From: the human T2T-CHM13v2.0 reference genome, Homo sapiens
Strand: one strand, 5' to 3'
DNA: 64,000 nt
NCBI RefSeq assembly: GCF_009914755.1
Contig: NC_060929.1
Position numbers and translations under genes: made by a program. Position 1 is the first letter of the stretch. Each line of letters starts with the position of its first letter. The notes beneath the pieces are model-generated. The model saw only the letters and a list, made by a program, of their open reading frames with translations, was not told the DNA's origin and did not search any database. Shown here piece after piece: positions 1-12,793 of this stretch.

Positions 1-1719
1 ATAAAAATACAAAGCATCATTAAAGGAATCATTTATTTTATTACTTGATTATAAATACAATAATCATGCTCACATACCATCGTTTAATGTGATTCTAGAA
101 AATAGAGCAGGCATATAAATGTATTAAACTTTATGAGGACTTCTCTTGGAAACATCTTGGGTATTAAAATTAGTAAAAACATATGATATTTATAATATAC
201 TAATTAATAATTGCTTCATATTATCATTGAAGTCTCTTCCCTCCCCCTTATTGGTCCTTACTCTGGGTAACTATCAATGTCTTATTTCTTCATTCCTATT
301 TGCAAAGTTGCATGAGCTCTAGTGCAAAGTATACAGCCCTGCTTTCTGTCTCCAGTAAAACTTCACAATTGAATAAATTGTAAGATATCCCTTTTTCAGT
401 TATAATTTTATTCACATGAACTTCATTACACAGTTTCATAAAAATTAATAATCTCAAATCCACAACCTTAACACCATAGACTACCTCAACTGCAGTAGAT
501 TTCATTTCTAATTTATTGAAAAATTAAAGAAAAATCATATTTACTTTTTGGCTATGTTTTTTTCTTTCCTTGCCTATGGTCTCTTCCATTCTCTCTTGCC
601 CTTTTATTTTATATTGTCACCCAATATCAAGTGTTTCTACTTAGTAAGACTGACCTTTCTGGCTATGAGTGTTCTCCCAATTTGATGTAAGTCTTCCTTC
701 ATCGCTTGTTTTTCTTTTAACTTTATTTTAAATTTCTCTTTTTCTATTATTTTTTCCTAGATCTACAAATATACCCACCAATCCTAGACATAGTGGAACA
801 GAACTGCTTTCCTTTACAATAAGCTCCTTTCCAATATATTGGGATAAGAAATAATGGAATAAGAAGGAGGAGGTACAACTTTTAAAGCATTTTTAGTTTA
901 AAAAAGAAGTTATGTTATGTTTAGAGATGGAAATACTCTGTTAAAGAAAACTGAATTAAAAAATCTCGTTGACTCATTTATTAAGGAGACATAAATCCAA
1001 TGAAAATCACATTTAAAAAAATTCTTAATTATGGTGCAACCTACTACAAAAATGTTACTTTATATGTTTTTAAAAGACGGAAGCCTGAGAGATGCTTAAT
1101 CTACTTCTCATTCAGTGTTTCACCATGCTTCTTATGCCATTCACTGTTCTATAAATTTTTTTTACAGAGCTGTATCATAATATACTATCAAGTGCATTAT
1201 AAAAGATTAGAATGTTATTTCTTTTAGCACTCTATTTATGCTTACTACTGACTTCAAAGGACATTCAGGATGTAGAAGAGTTATTTTCCCAAGGGCACAA
1301 AGAAGAAATAATCCCGTCAGCAATTCTTATAGACAAGTGATGCAGAGGCAGTTTTAGCAAACATATAGTCTCCTTTTAACCAGAAATGATTTGTGTGTTT
1401 TCTTGAGGCAATGTCTATTTGTAGCAGTGTTAACATTGACATCAGTAGCTAGAAAATGACAGCAAAAGACAAATGATCCTCAGGTGTAAAAATCAGCAAC
1501 TGAGATCCTTGGCCTTTGGGAAAATGTCAGGATGACCAAGAATGACGGCAGATCACAGAAGGGCCATAGACTGAAACCTTTACTTAAATAAAGGTCATAC
1601 CCCCTACAGTGATCTCTGCAGCATTCTAAGAGTGGCAACTTCATTAAAACTGATGTCCAGGAGAGTCAAGGAGAGTACATAGTTGATAGTTCCCAGGACA
1701 TAGAGAATACTCCTTAGAT

Positions 1720-1772
1720 TGTGTCTGTGTGTCTGTGTGTGTGTATGTGTGTGTGTGTGTGTATCTGTGTGT
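1720..1772. repeat. (TG)n microsatellite, imperfect
   Basis: gtgtctgtgtgtctgtgtgtgtgtatgtgtgtgtgtgtgtgtatctgtgtgt. Confidence 0.9.
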
Positions 1773-2098
1773 TAAAAACTTATTCTGTCCCCCTCCATTA
1801 AAACTTCATGATGGAAATGATTCTTCATTAAGAAAGAAAGGCATTCTGTTTCTATATTCTTTTAGCAGAAAAACTGAAAAAGAATGAGGAAGAACATGTT
1901 CATGTGTTTCATACAGAACATGTCCTTTTTCATTCTTTTTTTCTATATGACATAGAAATAGTAGAGGGAGGTGGGTAGAGAGGATAAAAAAGGCCATGTT
2001 CAAACAGTCATCACTCGGTGAGCTGAGCTAAAATGTTGATAAATACTATTAGTAGTTGCAGTCAACTACCATTTTCTATAAAATGGGTGCCTTTTCTC

Positions 2099-2132
2099 AC
2101 ACTTGATCTTAGCCAAAAGGCCGACAAGTGAT
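2099..2132 (-). pseudogene. 3'-truncated U2 snRNA retropseudogene (U2 nt 1-34)
   Basis: Minus strand reads ATCACTTGTCGGCCTTTTGGCTAAGATCAAGTGT, 32/34 identical to the U2 5' end ATCGCTTCTCGGCCTTTTGGCTAAGATCAAGTGT. Flanked by 19-bp direct repeats aaaatgggtg(c/g)cttttctc at 2080-2098 and 2133-2151. Confidence 0.92.
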
Positions 2133-2690
2133 AAAATGGGTGGCTTTTCTCTATTAAACTGCTCTCCTTTTCTGGTGTTTAGGGCACATCTTTAAAAACC
2201 AAAATACATGAAGGAATGAGTGGATGGATGAATAAGAAAACAATTGCTAGCATCTATATAAAGGCAGACAACAAAATAAGAAAAATATGGAAGAATATGG
2301 GAAATTTAATTTAAATACTGAAGAATTAAAGATAAGTGATTATCTCCACTTCTGGTAAATACATATTTAGTAATCCTAGAGCATCATTTAAAATCACAAT
2401 TCATCACTTCCTTCATTGGTGTATCATAGCTGATGGATAATCTTTTGTACACATTTGCTCTGAGAACCACAGCTAATGTTTTAAACAGCCAAGAATTTCT
2501 CAAAAGGTCACAATTTCTTCTGAATCCCTTCTTATTACCATTTCATATAATGCAATTAAAATATAAAGTGGCTATTAATGGACAAAACACTCAATAATAT
2601 AGCAACGTTACTAACACCAAAGGGAATGCCCCAATGAACCAATGCTAATTTAAGAGCATTCTGTTAAATATAATTTATTTTTTTGCATTC

Positions 2691-3139
2691 TGTTAAATAT
2701 AATTTATAGGAGACCAATGATTTGGACTGAGCTTTCTGCACCAGGTCCAACAGAGCAAACCAAAATGGAGCTGCTCATTCTGACATTCCACACCACCAAG
2801 CCAAAACTGTTTATCTGATCTAAGAAATCAGGAGAGAAAAATAGCCAAATCCCCAGAAAGGCCAGTTTTTACTGGCATATAAGAGAGTCCATTGTACCTT
2901 AACTTTTATAGGCAAAGCAATTTTGAAACAACCTATTTGTTTTTTGTTATATGTTTCTGCTTTCCCTATCCCTTTCTGTCTATAAAGCCAAATTTCTTTG
3001 CATCGCTTATTAGGGCACTCATTCTGTTTTATAGAATAAGGTATATTTTATAGAATAAGGTATTGCCCAATTCTAGAATTGCAAATAGAACTCAATTAAG
3101 TTCTTTAAACTAAATGTGTTGTAATTTTGTCTTTTGGCA
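2691..3139 (+). mobile_element. 5' LTR of MER101-like ERV1 (MER4 group)
   Basis: TG...CA ends (tgttaaatat...cttttggca), TATA-like tctataaag near 2980, clear homology to the second LTR copy starting at 14915. Confidence 0.8.
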
Positions 3140-3269
3140 GTTTTGGAGATTGACAAAGAAACCTAAGGGACACTTCTGACAACCCCAAAGACTCCTTGAG
3201 GAATGGAGGAGAGGTGCCTCTGACCCCTTTCTGAGATCCCCTGTCTTCCTCATGAAGCCGTGAGGGTTG

Positions 3270-4016
3270 TGTCAACTGAAGCATCATGAGGTGTCTAAAT
3301 TTGGAAAGAACAGCTTTATTTCTTTTAAAGGGTTGCAGCCTGCAGGCTGGACATCTTGTAACCTGCTCCCTGGAAGGCTGGGAAGGGTAGCCTCCTGTCA
3401 GAAGCTGAGTGCAAGCACTTTGAGAGAGGGAAAGATAAGACAGGAATTTATGCTACATGCTTTGGCTAAGTATGCATATTCAATAAGCTATAGGAGGAGC
3501 CATGAATATTTACGAAAGGAGAAATGTGTATGTGCAATTGAGCTTCATGCCTCATTGTAGGTCACATGTTCAAAAAATGATGTCATTAGCATGATCCAAG
3601 GGTGGAGTTTTCAGCCTTCTGATATCAAAAGGTGAAGAGAGGACAAGAAACCCTCACTGGGCATGCTTACCAGTCAGCCGAAACCAGTCCAGAGATGGTA
3701 GTCAGTTTTTACAAAGAGATGGATTGTGAAGCAAGTGAAATGTCACATCATAACTGCAAAGAGGGAGGGGGCGACCAGTCACAACCTCAGATGACTTGCT
3801 AAAGGAGATAAAGGAATGAGTCATCAGTTTCTTGTTTTCTAGAAATAGCTTTTGCTTACTCCTTAGAAAATAACAATTCTGATTCAAAATTAATAAGGAA
3901 GGGGCATACAGAGGCATGTCTGGGAACTCAGTTTTTAAGGTTTCTCTCGGGACTTCTTGGCCAAAAGAAGGTCTATTCAGTCAGTTGTGAGCTTTAGGAT
4001 TTTATTTTTGTTTCAA
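3270..4016 (-). mobile_element. Solo MER4-group LTR (LTR39/MER66-like) inserted antisense into the ERV leader
   Basis: Minus strand begins with aaaataaaatcctaaagc...actgaatagacc...ttggccaag (MER4-type U3) and ends cttcagttgaca. Confidence 0.65.
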
Positions 4017-4091
4017 AATTTTAAGTTCCTCTGAAGTCAAACTCTTCTCTTTCAGGAGTAAGCCCCCCAGTAATTTTGATTTTCAAATCCA

Positions 4092-4335
4092 GGGTTAGTT
4101 TGTGCTGTGAGAGAATGCATGATCTTGGTGTGCGTACCATACTGAGTGTTAGTTTGTGCTGTGAGAGAATGCATGATCTTGGTGTGCATACCATACTGAG
4201 TGTTAGTTTTTGTTGTGAGAGAGCACATGACCTTGGGGTGTGTCCTGAGGGTTAGCTCGTGTTGTGAGATTGCATAACCTTGGGTTGTATACTGAGGGTT
4301 AGTTTGTTTTGTGAGAGAACATATGACATTTTGGG
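4092..4335. repeat. Minisatellite, 5 copies of a 47-54 bp unit
   Basis: Unit gttagtttgtgctgtgagagaatgcatgatcttggtgtgcgtaccatactgagt starts at 4094, 4148, 4202, 4251 and 4298. Confidence 0.85.
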
Positions 4336-5615
4336 ATTTGTAGTGGCTGATGAGTCACTGGCAAGAGCTTTAGTTTTAAAGGTAATTTGCTGTGGCTGTG
4401 GTAAGTTGCAGGGTCTGTGAACTATGACTTTTGAAATTCACAGCAATTTGAATTATATCTTTTTTGTTACTTTATTTTTGTTTTTTTGCATGTTAAGCTA
4501 GGGGGAAATTATTGGCCAAGTTAGTCAAGCAGATCTCAGGCACAAGGCATAACTTGACTGGTGGGCAAGATTCAGGCACTTAAAAGCTATTAGAGCACAT
4601 AACACCAAAAATTAGACTACTGTGGGAGGATAAACTAGACACAGAGCTTGATAGCACCCAACAGCCTAAAGAAAATGTTCCTGTAATGAGGTTTACTGTG
4701 AAAGCATTACATGACCCAACCGTGTGGTGTTTCCCTCTCGGGGTATTATCTTGGCTGGAAGACACCAAAGATTCAATGTAAAAATAAAATCCTTGATTTC
4801 TATAGAATTAAGTAATCTATTTTCCAGCTATGCTTGCCTTTTACATGTATAAGTATTAGGTTCAGGAAGCAGAAAACAATTACAAAAATGATGAAATATC
4901 ACCAAAGACAATTTAAAATTAAGATGGCCGTTATGTGGAAATTCCAGATGAACAACTCAACACTTTAAAAAATGCATCTAAAAATGAGGGCTCCCAGATC
5001 AGGCCCATCCAGGGATGCCTATTCATGTGCAGAAACTTCTAAAAATTTTTCAAAAAACTGTTATTTTCTCTTTTTAAAAGACTCTTTACAAGAAACAGAT
5101 GAAAAGCTTAAGCAACTAATTGATAAGAAAAATGGAATCTACTAACCTTTTCACTTAGGTACTATTCCACCCCAAAGGTGAAAGGAAAGCTACATGAAGT
5201 ATTCATAACAGTTTGGCCCTCAGGTAAAGCAAGTTTGTGTCTTCTTTTATAGAAATATCCACACTGAGTTTCAGTATTTAAAATGCTTCTTTTGCCCCAT
5301 TAGTTAATGAGCTGCATCTTAAAGTCAGTAATGCAGTTAAGACACAAGCTAAATTGAAAATATTGAACCAAATCAGTTTTCAAAATACCCTTTCCTGGCA
5401 TTTATCTGGCTCTTTTGAAACTCTTCAAAAAATTTACACCTATAAAGGAAAACCACTAGAAATTCTTATAATAATAGAGAACATTGGTCTAAACAAGCCC
5501 CACTTTTGACCATTTTGTCTTAACTAGGCATCTTACATACACATTTCTTTTTCTGGGTATAGAATCACATCATCTGCAAAAAGAGATAGTTTGACTTCCC
5601 CTCTTTCTATTTGGA

Positions 5616-6016
<401 letters not shown>

Positions 6017-7234
6017 TCAGATTTTCAAGGGGAATGCTTTCAGCTTTTGCCCATTCAGTATGATGTTTGCTGTGGGTCTGTCATACATGACCCTTGCTAT
6101 TTTGAGATATGTTTCTTCCATTCCTAGTTTGTTGAGAGTCTTTAGAATAAAGGGATGTTGAATTTTATTGAACGTCCTTTCTCCATTTATTGAGAAGATC
6201 ATATGGTTTTTGCTTTTAGTGCTGTATATGTGATGAATTACATTTATTTATTTGTGAATGTTGAACCAGACTCACATCCCAGGAATGTAGCCTACTTGGT
6301 TGTAGTGGATTAGCTTTTTGATGCACTGCTGGATTTGGTTTGCTATTATTTTGTTGAGGATTTTTGCATCTATTTTCTTAAGGAATATTGGCCTGAAATT
6401 TTCTTTTTTTTTTATTGTGTCTCTGCCAGGTTTTGGTATCAGAATGATGTTGACCTCATAGCATGAGTTAAGGAGGAGTCTCATCTCCTTGATTTGTTGG
6501 AATAGTTTCAATAGAATTGGTACCAACATTTCATTACACATCTGGTAGAATTTGGCTATAAATCTGTTCTGGTGAGTAGATTATTTTATTAATGATTCCA
6601 TTTCAGAACTTGTTATTAGCCTGTTGAAGCTTTCAGTTTCTTACTGGTTCGGTCTTGAGTGACTGCATGTTTCCAGGAATTTACCATTTCCTCTAGTTTT
6701 TTTTAACTTGTATGCATACAGGTGTTCACATTAGTCTATGAGGTTTTTTGTTTGTTTGTATTTCTGTGAGATCACAGAATGTCCCCTGTATAATTTCTGA
6801 TTTTGTTTATTTTTCTTTTTTTTTTTCTTTAGTAGTCTAGCTTGTGTTATATCAGACTTATTTTTTCTTTTACAGAACAACTTTTGGTTCATTGCCCCTT
6901 TGTATGGCTTTTCTCATCTACATTTTGCTCAGTTCAACTCATTTTGATTATTTATTTTCTTCTGCTAGCTTTGGGGTTGGTTTGCTCTCGTTTTTCTTTT
7001 TCCTCTAGTTGTGACATAAGGTTGTTAATATGAGATCTTCCTAACTTTTTTGATGTCGGTGTTCGGTAATATAAACCCTCCTCTTTACACTGTGTTAGTG
7101 GTGTCCCAGAGATTCTAGTATGTTGAACATTTGTTTTCATTAGTTTCAAGGAATTTTTTCATTTCAGCCTTAATTTTATTCTTTACCCAAAAGTCATTCG
7201 GGAGCAGGTTGCTTAATTTCCATATAATTGTATG

Positions 7235-7266
7235 TTTTTTTTTTTTTTTTTTTGAGACGGAGTCTC
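7235..7266 (-). mobile_element. Ultra-truncated Alu 3' end (13 nt plus poly(A)) with TSD
   Basis: T19 then gagacggagtctc; direct repeat aattgtatg at 7226-7234 and 7267-7275. Confidence 0.8.
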
Positions 7267-9399
7267 AATTGTATGGTTTTAGGAGATCTCCGTGATATTC
7301 ATTTCTATTTTTATTGTGCTGTGATTCAAGTGTGCAGTTTTTTTTTTTATTTGTTGAGAATTTATTTGTGGTCAAGCATGTGGTCAGTTTTAAAGTGTGT
7401 GATATGTGCAGATGAAAAGAATGTACATTCTCTAATGAGGTATTCTGTGGACGTCTGTTAGTGCATTTGATCAAATGTTGAGTTCAAGTCCTGAATATCT
7501 TTGTTCATATTCCACCTCGATGGTCTGTCTAATATTTTCAGTGGGGTGTTGCAGTCTTCCACTATTATTGTGTGTTTATCTAAGTCTCTTCATAAGTCTC
7601 TAAGAACTTGTTTCATGAATCTGGATGTTTTAGTGTTGGATGCATATATATTTAGGATAATTAAATCTTCTTGTTGAATTGAATCGTTTATCATTATGTA
7701 ATGCCCTTCTTTGTCTTTTTTGATCATTACTGGTTTGAATTCTGTCAACCCCTGGCCTTTTTTGTTTTTCTTTTGCTTGATAAGTCTTTCTCCATTCCTT
7801 TATTTTGAGCCTATGAGTGTCCTTGCATGTTAAATGGTGCTTTTAAAAACAGTATACAGTTGAGTTTTCCTTCTTTCTACTATTGCCACTCCATGCCTTT
7901 TAAGTTGGTCATTTAGCCTGTTTACATTCAAGATTAATATTGATACATACAGATTTGATTCTGTCACCATGTTACTAGCTGTTTGTTAGTAGAATTCATT
8001 GTATAGATGTTTTTTAGTACCTGTGGCCTATATACTTAATTTCATTTTTGTGGTGGAAGGTAATGATCTTTTGTTTTCATGTTTAGCACTCCTTTCAGGA
8101 TTTCTTGTAAGGAAGTTCTGGTGGTAATGGATTCTGTTAGCATTTGCTTGTCTAAAAAGGATCTTTTTTTCTCCTTCACTTATAAAACATAGTTTGGTTA
8201 GCATTTTTTTTTCTTTTTGGATGCTGAATATAGGCCTCTAATCTCATCTGGATTGTAGGCTTTCTGCTGAAAGGTCCAATGTTAGCCTGATGGGGTTCCC
8301 TTTGTAGGTGACCTGTCCCTTCTCTCTAGCTGCCTTTAATAATTTTTCTTTTGTTTTAACCTTGAAGAATCTGATGAATGTGTGTCTTGGGGATGGTTGT
8401 CTTGTATCATGTCTTGCAGGGGTTCTCTGAATTTCCTGAATTTGAATGTTGGCCTTTCTTGCGAAGTTGAGAAAGCTTTTGTAGACAGTATCCTTAAATA
8501 TGTTTTCTAATTTGCTTTCTCTTTCTCCCTCTCTTTCAGGGATGCCAAAGAGTCATAACTTTGGTTACTCTACATAATCCCGTATTTCAGGAAGGTTTTA
8601 TTTGTTAAAATTCTTTTTTTTTATTTTTGCTTGACTCAGTTGATTCAAAGAACTGCTCTTCAAGCTCGGAAATTCTTTCCTCAACTTGATCTATTCTGCT
8701 GTTAATGCTTATAATTGTATTATGAAATTCTTGTAGTGAGTTTTTCAGCTCGATCAAATCAGTTTTGTTCTTTCTTAAAATGGCTATTTTGTCTTTCATC
8801 TCTTGATACTTTTTACTGAATTCCTTAGGTTCCTTGGATTGGGTTTTAACTTTCTCTTGAATCTCAATGATCTTTGTTGACATCCAAATTCTTAATTCTA
8901 TGCCTGTCATTTCAGCCATTTTATTCTGGTTAGGAACTATTGCTGGGGAGCTGGTTCAGTCATTGGAATGTAAGAATACATTCTGGCTTTTAGAGTTGCC
9001 AGAGTTCTTGTGCTGTTTATTCTTTTTCTTTTTCTTTTTTTTCCTCATATGGGCAGGCTGTTCTTCTTTTAACTGTGATGTAATTTGAGTATAGTCAGTT
9101 GGCTTTATTTCTAAATTTTTCAGAGGACCAAGGCTATGAGCAGGGTTCTTATTTATGGCTGAATTATTGTCCTTGGTTCCATAGGACAGTATACTAGCAA
9201 AGTATTTGGTGATGAAGTTTGGGATGTGATACAGTAGATGGCACTTAAGTGTAATGGCTGGTAGGTAGGTTCTTATTCAGCTGGGTGGCTCCTCTGTATT
9301 TCCTTGTGTTTGCAGCTATGGTCTCTCTCTCAGTGCTCTGAGAATGTGTCCTCTCCAACTTGAGTGCTGGCTGCAGATCCCAGCTTGGCACTCCTGGGC

Positions 9400-11050
9400 T
9401 GCACAACACAGCCCCGGGGCAAGCTTTGGTTTTTTTTGTTTGTTTGTTTGTTTGTTTTCCCTCTGCAGCTTGGGTGCAACAGGAGAAGGGACTTGGCAGT
9501 GGCAACGGCAGTGGGTCTTTCATTTGTTTCTTGGAGTTCCACTTCAGAGAAATGCAGCCACTGCCAATCAGAATGATCAGCTGGGGGTAGAGTGAGTGCA
9601 TTGCTAGTACATGCCACGGGGACCCTGCCTGGTGCAGAGCAGAGGGTGTCAGGCAATCTGGCCTCTTCCCCATAGGGTGACTGTGGCATGCTGGAGATGC
9701 AAGTAAAGAACTGAGGCTATTTGTTGCTTCCTCAGGCCCATAGCAGCAAGGGCAAGTACTGGTGCAGTGGCAGTGGCATATGGACTGTCAGTTGCCTCTG
9801 GAAACTCCACTCCAGAGTGACACAAAGCTGCTACCAATGGGGAGGTTCAGCCTGGAGTGGGGCAGCTGTGCTGCAGGCCCTACCAGGGCCCTGCTTGGTG
9901 AAGAACAACGGGCTCATAGGAAAGAGAGAATGGCCTTCCCTCAATAGGGCACCCACAGCATGCTTTTAATGTGAGCAAAATGATCAGGGATTTTGTTCAT
10001 TCCCCAGCCCAAGAGCAGCAAGGGAGGGTACCACGGCAGTGGTAGTGGCGGCAAAGGGGCTGTCAGTTATTTCTGGGAATTCCATCCCAGAGAAACACAA
10101 GGCCACTGCCAATGAGAATGTTCACCTAGGGATAGGGTGACTGCACTATGGGCCCAAGCTAGGGGTCCTGCCTGGTGAAAAGCAGGAAGTCAGGGGTGCA
10201 CAGGGAAGAGAAACTAGCCTCTTCTCCTTAGGGTAGCTGTGATATGCTGGAGGTATGCAAACTGACCAAGGTCCTTGTCTGTTCCCCAGTCCAAGGGCAG
10301 CAAGAGCAATACCATCACGATGGCAATGGCATACGGGCTGTCAATTGCCTATGGGACTTCCACCCCAGAGAGACACAGAGCCACTGCCAATGGGAATGTT
10401 CAGCCAAGGGTGAAGCAGCTATGCTGCAGGCCCAAGTCAGGAGACCTAAGTGGTAAAGAGCAGGGGGTTGGGGGCTCACAGAGAGGAGAGACTGGGATCT
10501 TCTCTGTCTAGCAGCTGAAGTGTGCTTGAGGTGCAAGTGATCAGGGTCTTTGTTCCCCCGCCTGAGGGTAGCAAGGGTTGGTACTGCTGCAGCAGCAATG
10601 GTAGAGAGCCTGTCAGGTGTTTCTGGGAATTCCATCCCAGAGAAACACAGAGCCTCCACTGACTGAAGTAATCAGGTGGGGGCAGGGTGGATGTGCTGGG
10701 GGCCCAGGTCAGGAGGCCCTGCCCAGTGAGGAGTAGCAGAGACAGGGACCCACAAGGAAGACAGTCTGGCTGCTTTTCCATACAACAGCTGTGGTGTGCT
10801 AGAGGCCCATGACTGTTCTGGGGCTCTTCACTTCCTCCCTAGCCTAAAGGAAGTGGGGGCAGGGGCTTCAGCCGTGGCAAAAGCTGCAGGGCTGTTGGTT
10901 ACCTGTGGGAGGTCTAAACCAGAGAAAGACAGAACCGTTACCAGCCTGAGTACTCAGGTGAGGGTGGATTGGCTGCACTGGGATCCCAGGCCAATGGGGT
11001 TTGCCTGGTGAGGTACTCTAGAGGCAAGGCCTGCAATCCATCTGCTCCTC
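9400..11050 (-). repeat. Six diverged ~275-bp tandem monomers within the L1 5'UTR
   Basis: Anchor motif (ttcca.ccc)CAGAG...ccactgccaat recurs at 9545, 9813, 10088, 10366, 10638 and 10920. Confidence 0.8.
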
Positions 11051-11531
11051 AGCTCCATGGATTTGGCCTGTATCCTGGGAGTGCAGGAGAGAGACTGGCC
11101 TCCCTTGGTGGAGATATAGCAGCTAGCGGCAAGGTGCTCAGATATCCAAGGCACTTTTGGGTCTATGTAGGTCTGAGTGGTGGCTCTGCCCAGACTCCAT
11201 GCAGTTCTCCGTGTCAGTCTGGAGGCTCCACGGCTGGGAGTCAGGGGGCGTCTCCTGTGCCCAGGATTGCAAATGTCCATGGCAGCAGTGTGAGTCCCCA
11301 AGGGCTCTCACTCTCTCACCCTTTCCCCATCATGAGGAGCCTCCGTTGGCTCTGCACCAATCCCAGGAGCTCAGCTGTCTTGCCTCACTCCTCTCTGTTC
11401 TCTATGGGTCACGTTGCTTCCTTGGTGAACCACAATGTGTCCTCCTGGATGAACCATTTAAATAACTATTGTTTACTCACCACTCTGTCTCCTCTCTGTG
11501 AGAGTGGCAGCACACTAGCTTCTTCTAGTCA

Positions 11532-11540
11532 GCCATCTTG
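11532..11540 (-). promoter_or_regulatory. YY1 motif at the L1 5' terminus
   Basis: gccatcttg (CAAGATGGC on minus), about 10-17 nt inside the L1 5' end, the conserved position of the L1 YY1 site. Confidence 0.65.
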
Positions 11541-12056
11541 GCACCTCCAAGTGGTATTCTAATAGTAAAATGTTTTTCTTTACCTTTGAGGTAACTGGCC
11601 TAAGAAACAAAGATTCCGTGTTTTATTAAAATGGTGCCCTGTGCTTCATATTATTTTTAGGAGATCTTTGATTGCTTAAGAAAACTGAGTATTCTATCAC
11701 AGAGCTAAATACTTTTCTAAAACTATATTACTTTCTATATTTGCCTTTTGAAGTCATTTAATTATCAATCTGATTAAATGAATATTATTTTACAGTTATC
11801 TGTAATCCTATTTTGATCAAAAGTTTAAAACTTTTGATCTTTTTCATAAACTTCCCAAAATCAAAGTTGGATTTATATCTCTTGACTTTGAATTCACTTT
11901 GGGATAATCCAGAAAGGTCCCAGGAATGTCTGAAAGAGACATAGTAAGCCAATTATGCTTATTTAATATGTTAAATTATGTGGGAGGCATTGTTAAATAA
12001 GTAATGTTAGCCTTCTTTGAGTTATAGTTCTATGAATTGGATAAATATGTTATTAA

Positions 12057-12793
<737 letters not shown>

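Noticed and set aside
4092-4335. CRISPR-like array
   Set aside because: Units repeat over their whole length with no unique spacers, there are no cas genes, and the context is primate DNA; it is a minisatellite
10969-11562. 197-aa ORF antisense to the L1 5'UTR (ORF0-like?)
   Set aside because: TTG start, GC-rich stop-poor sequence, no recognisable homology; this UTR type differs from the one carrying ORF0
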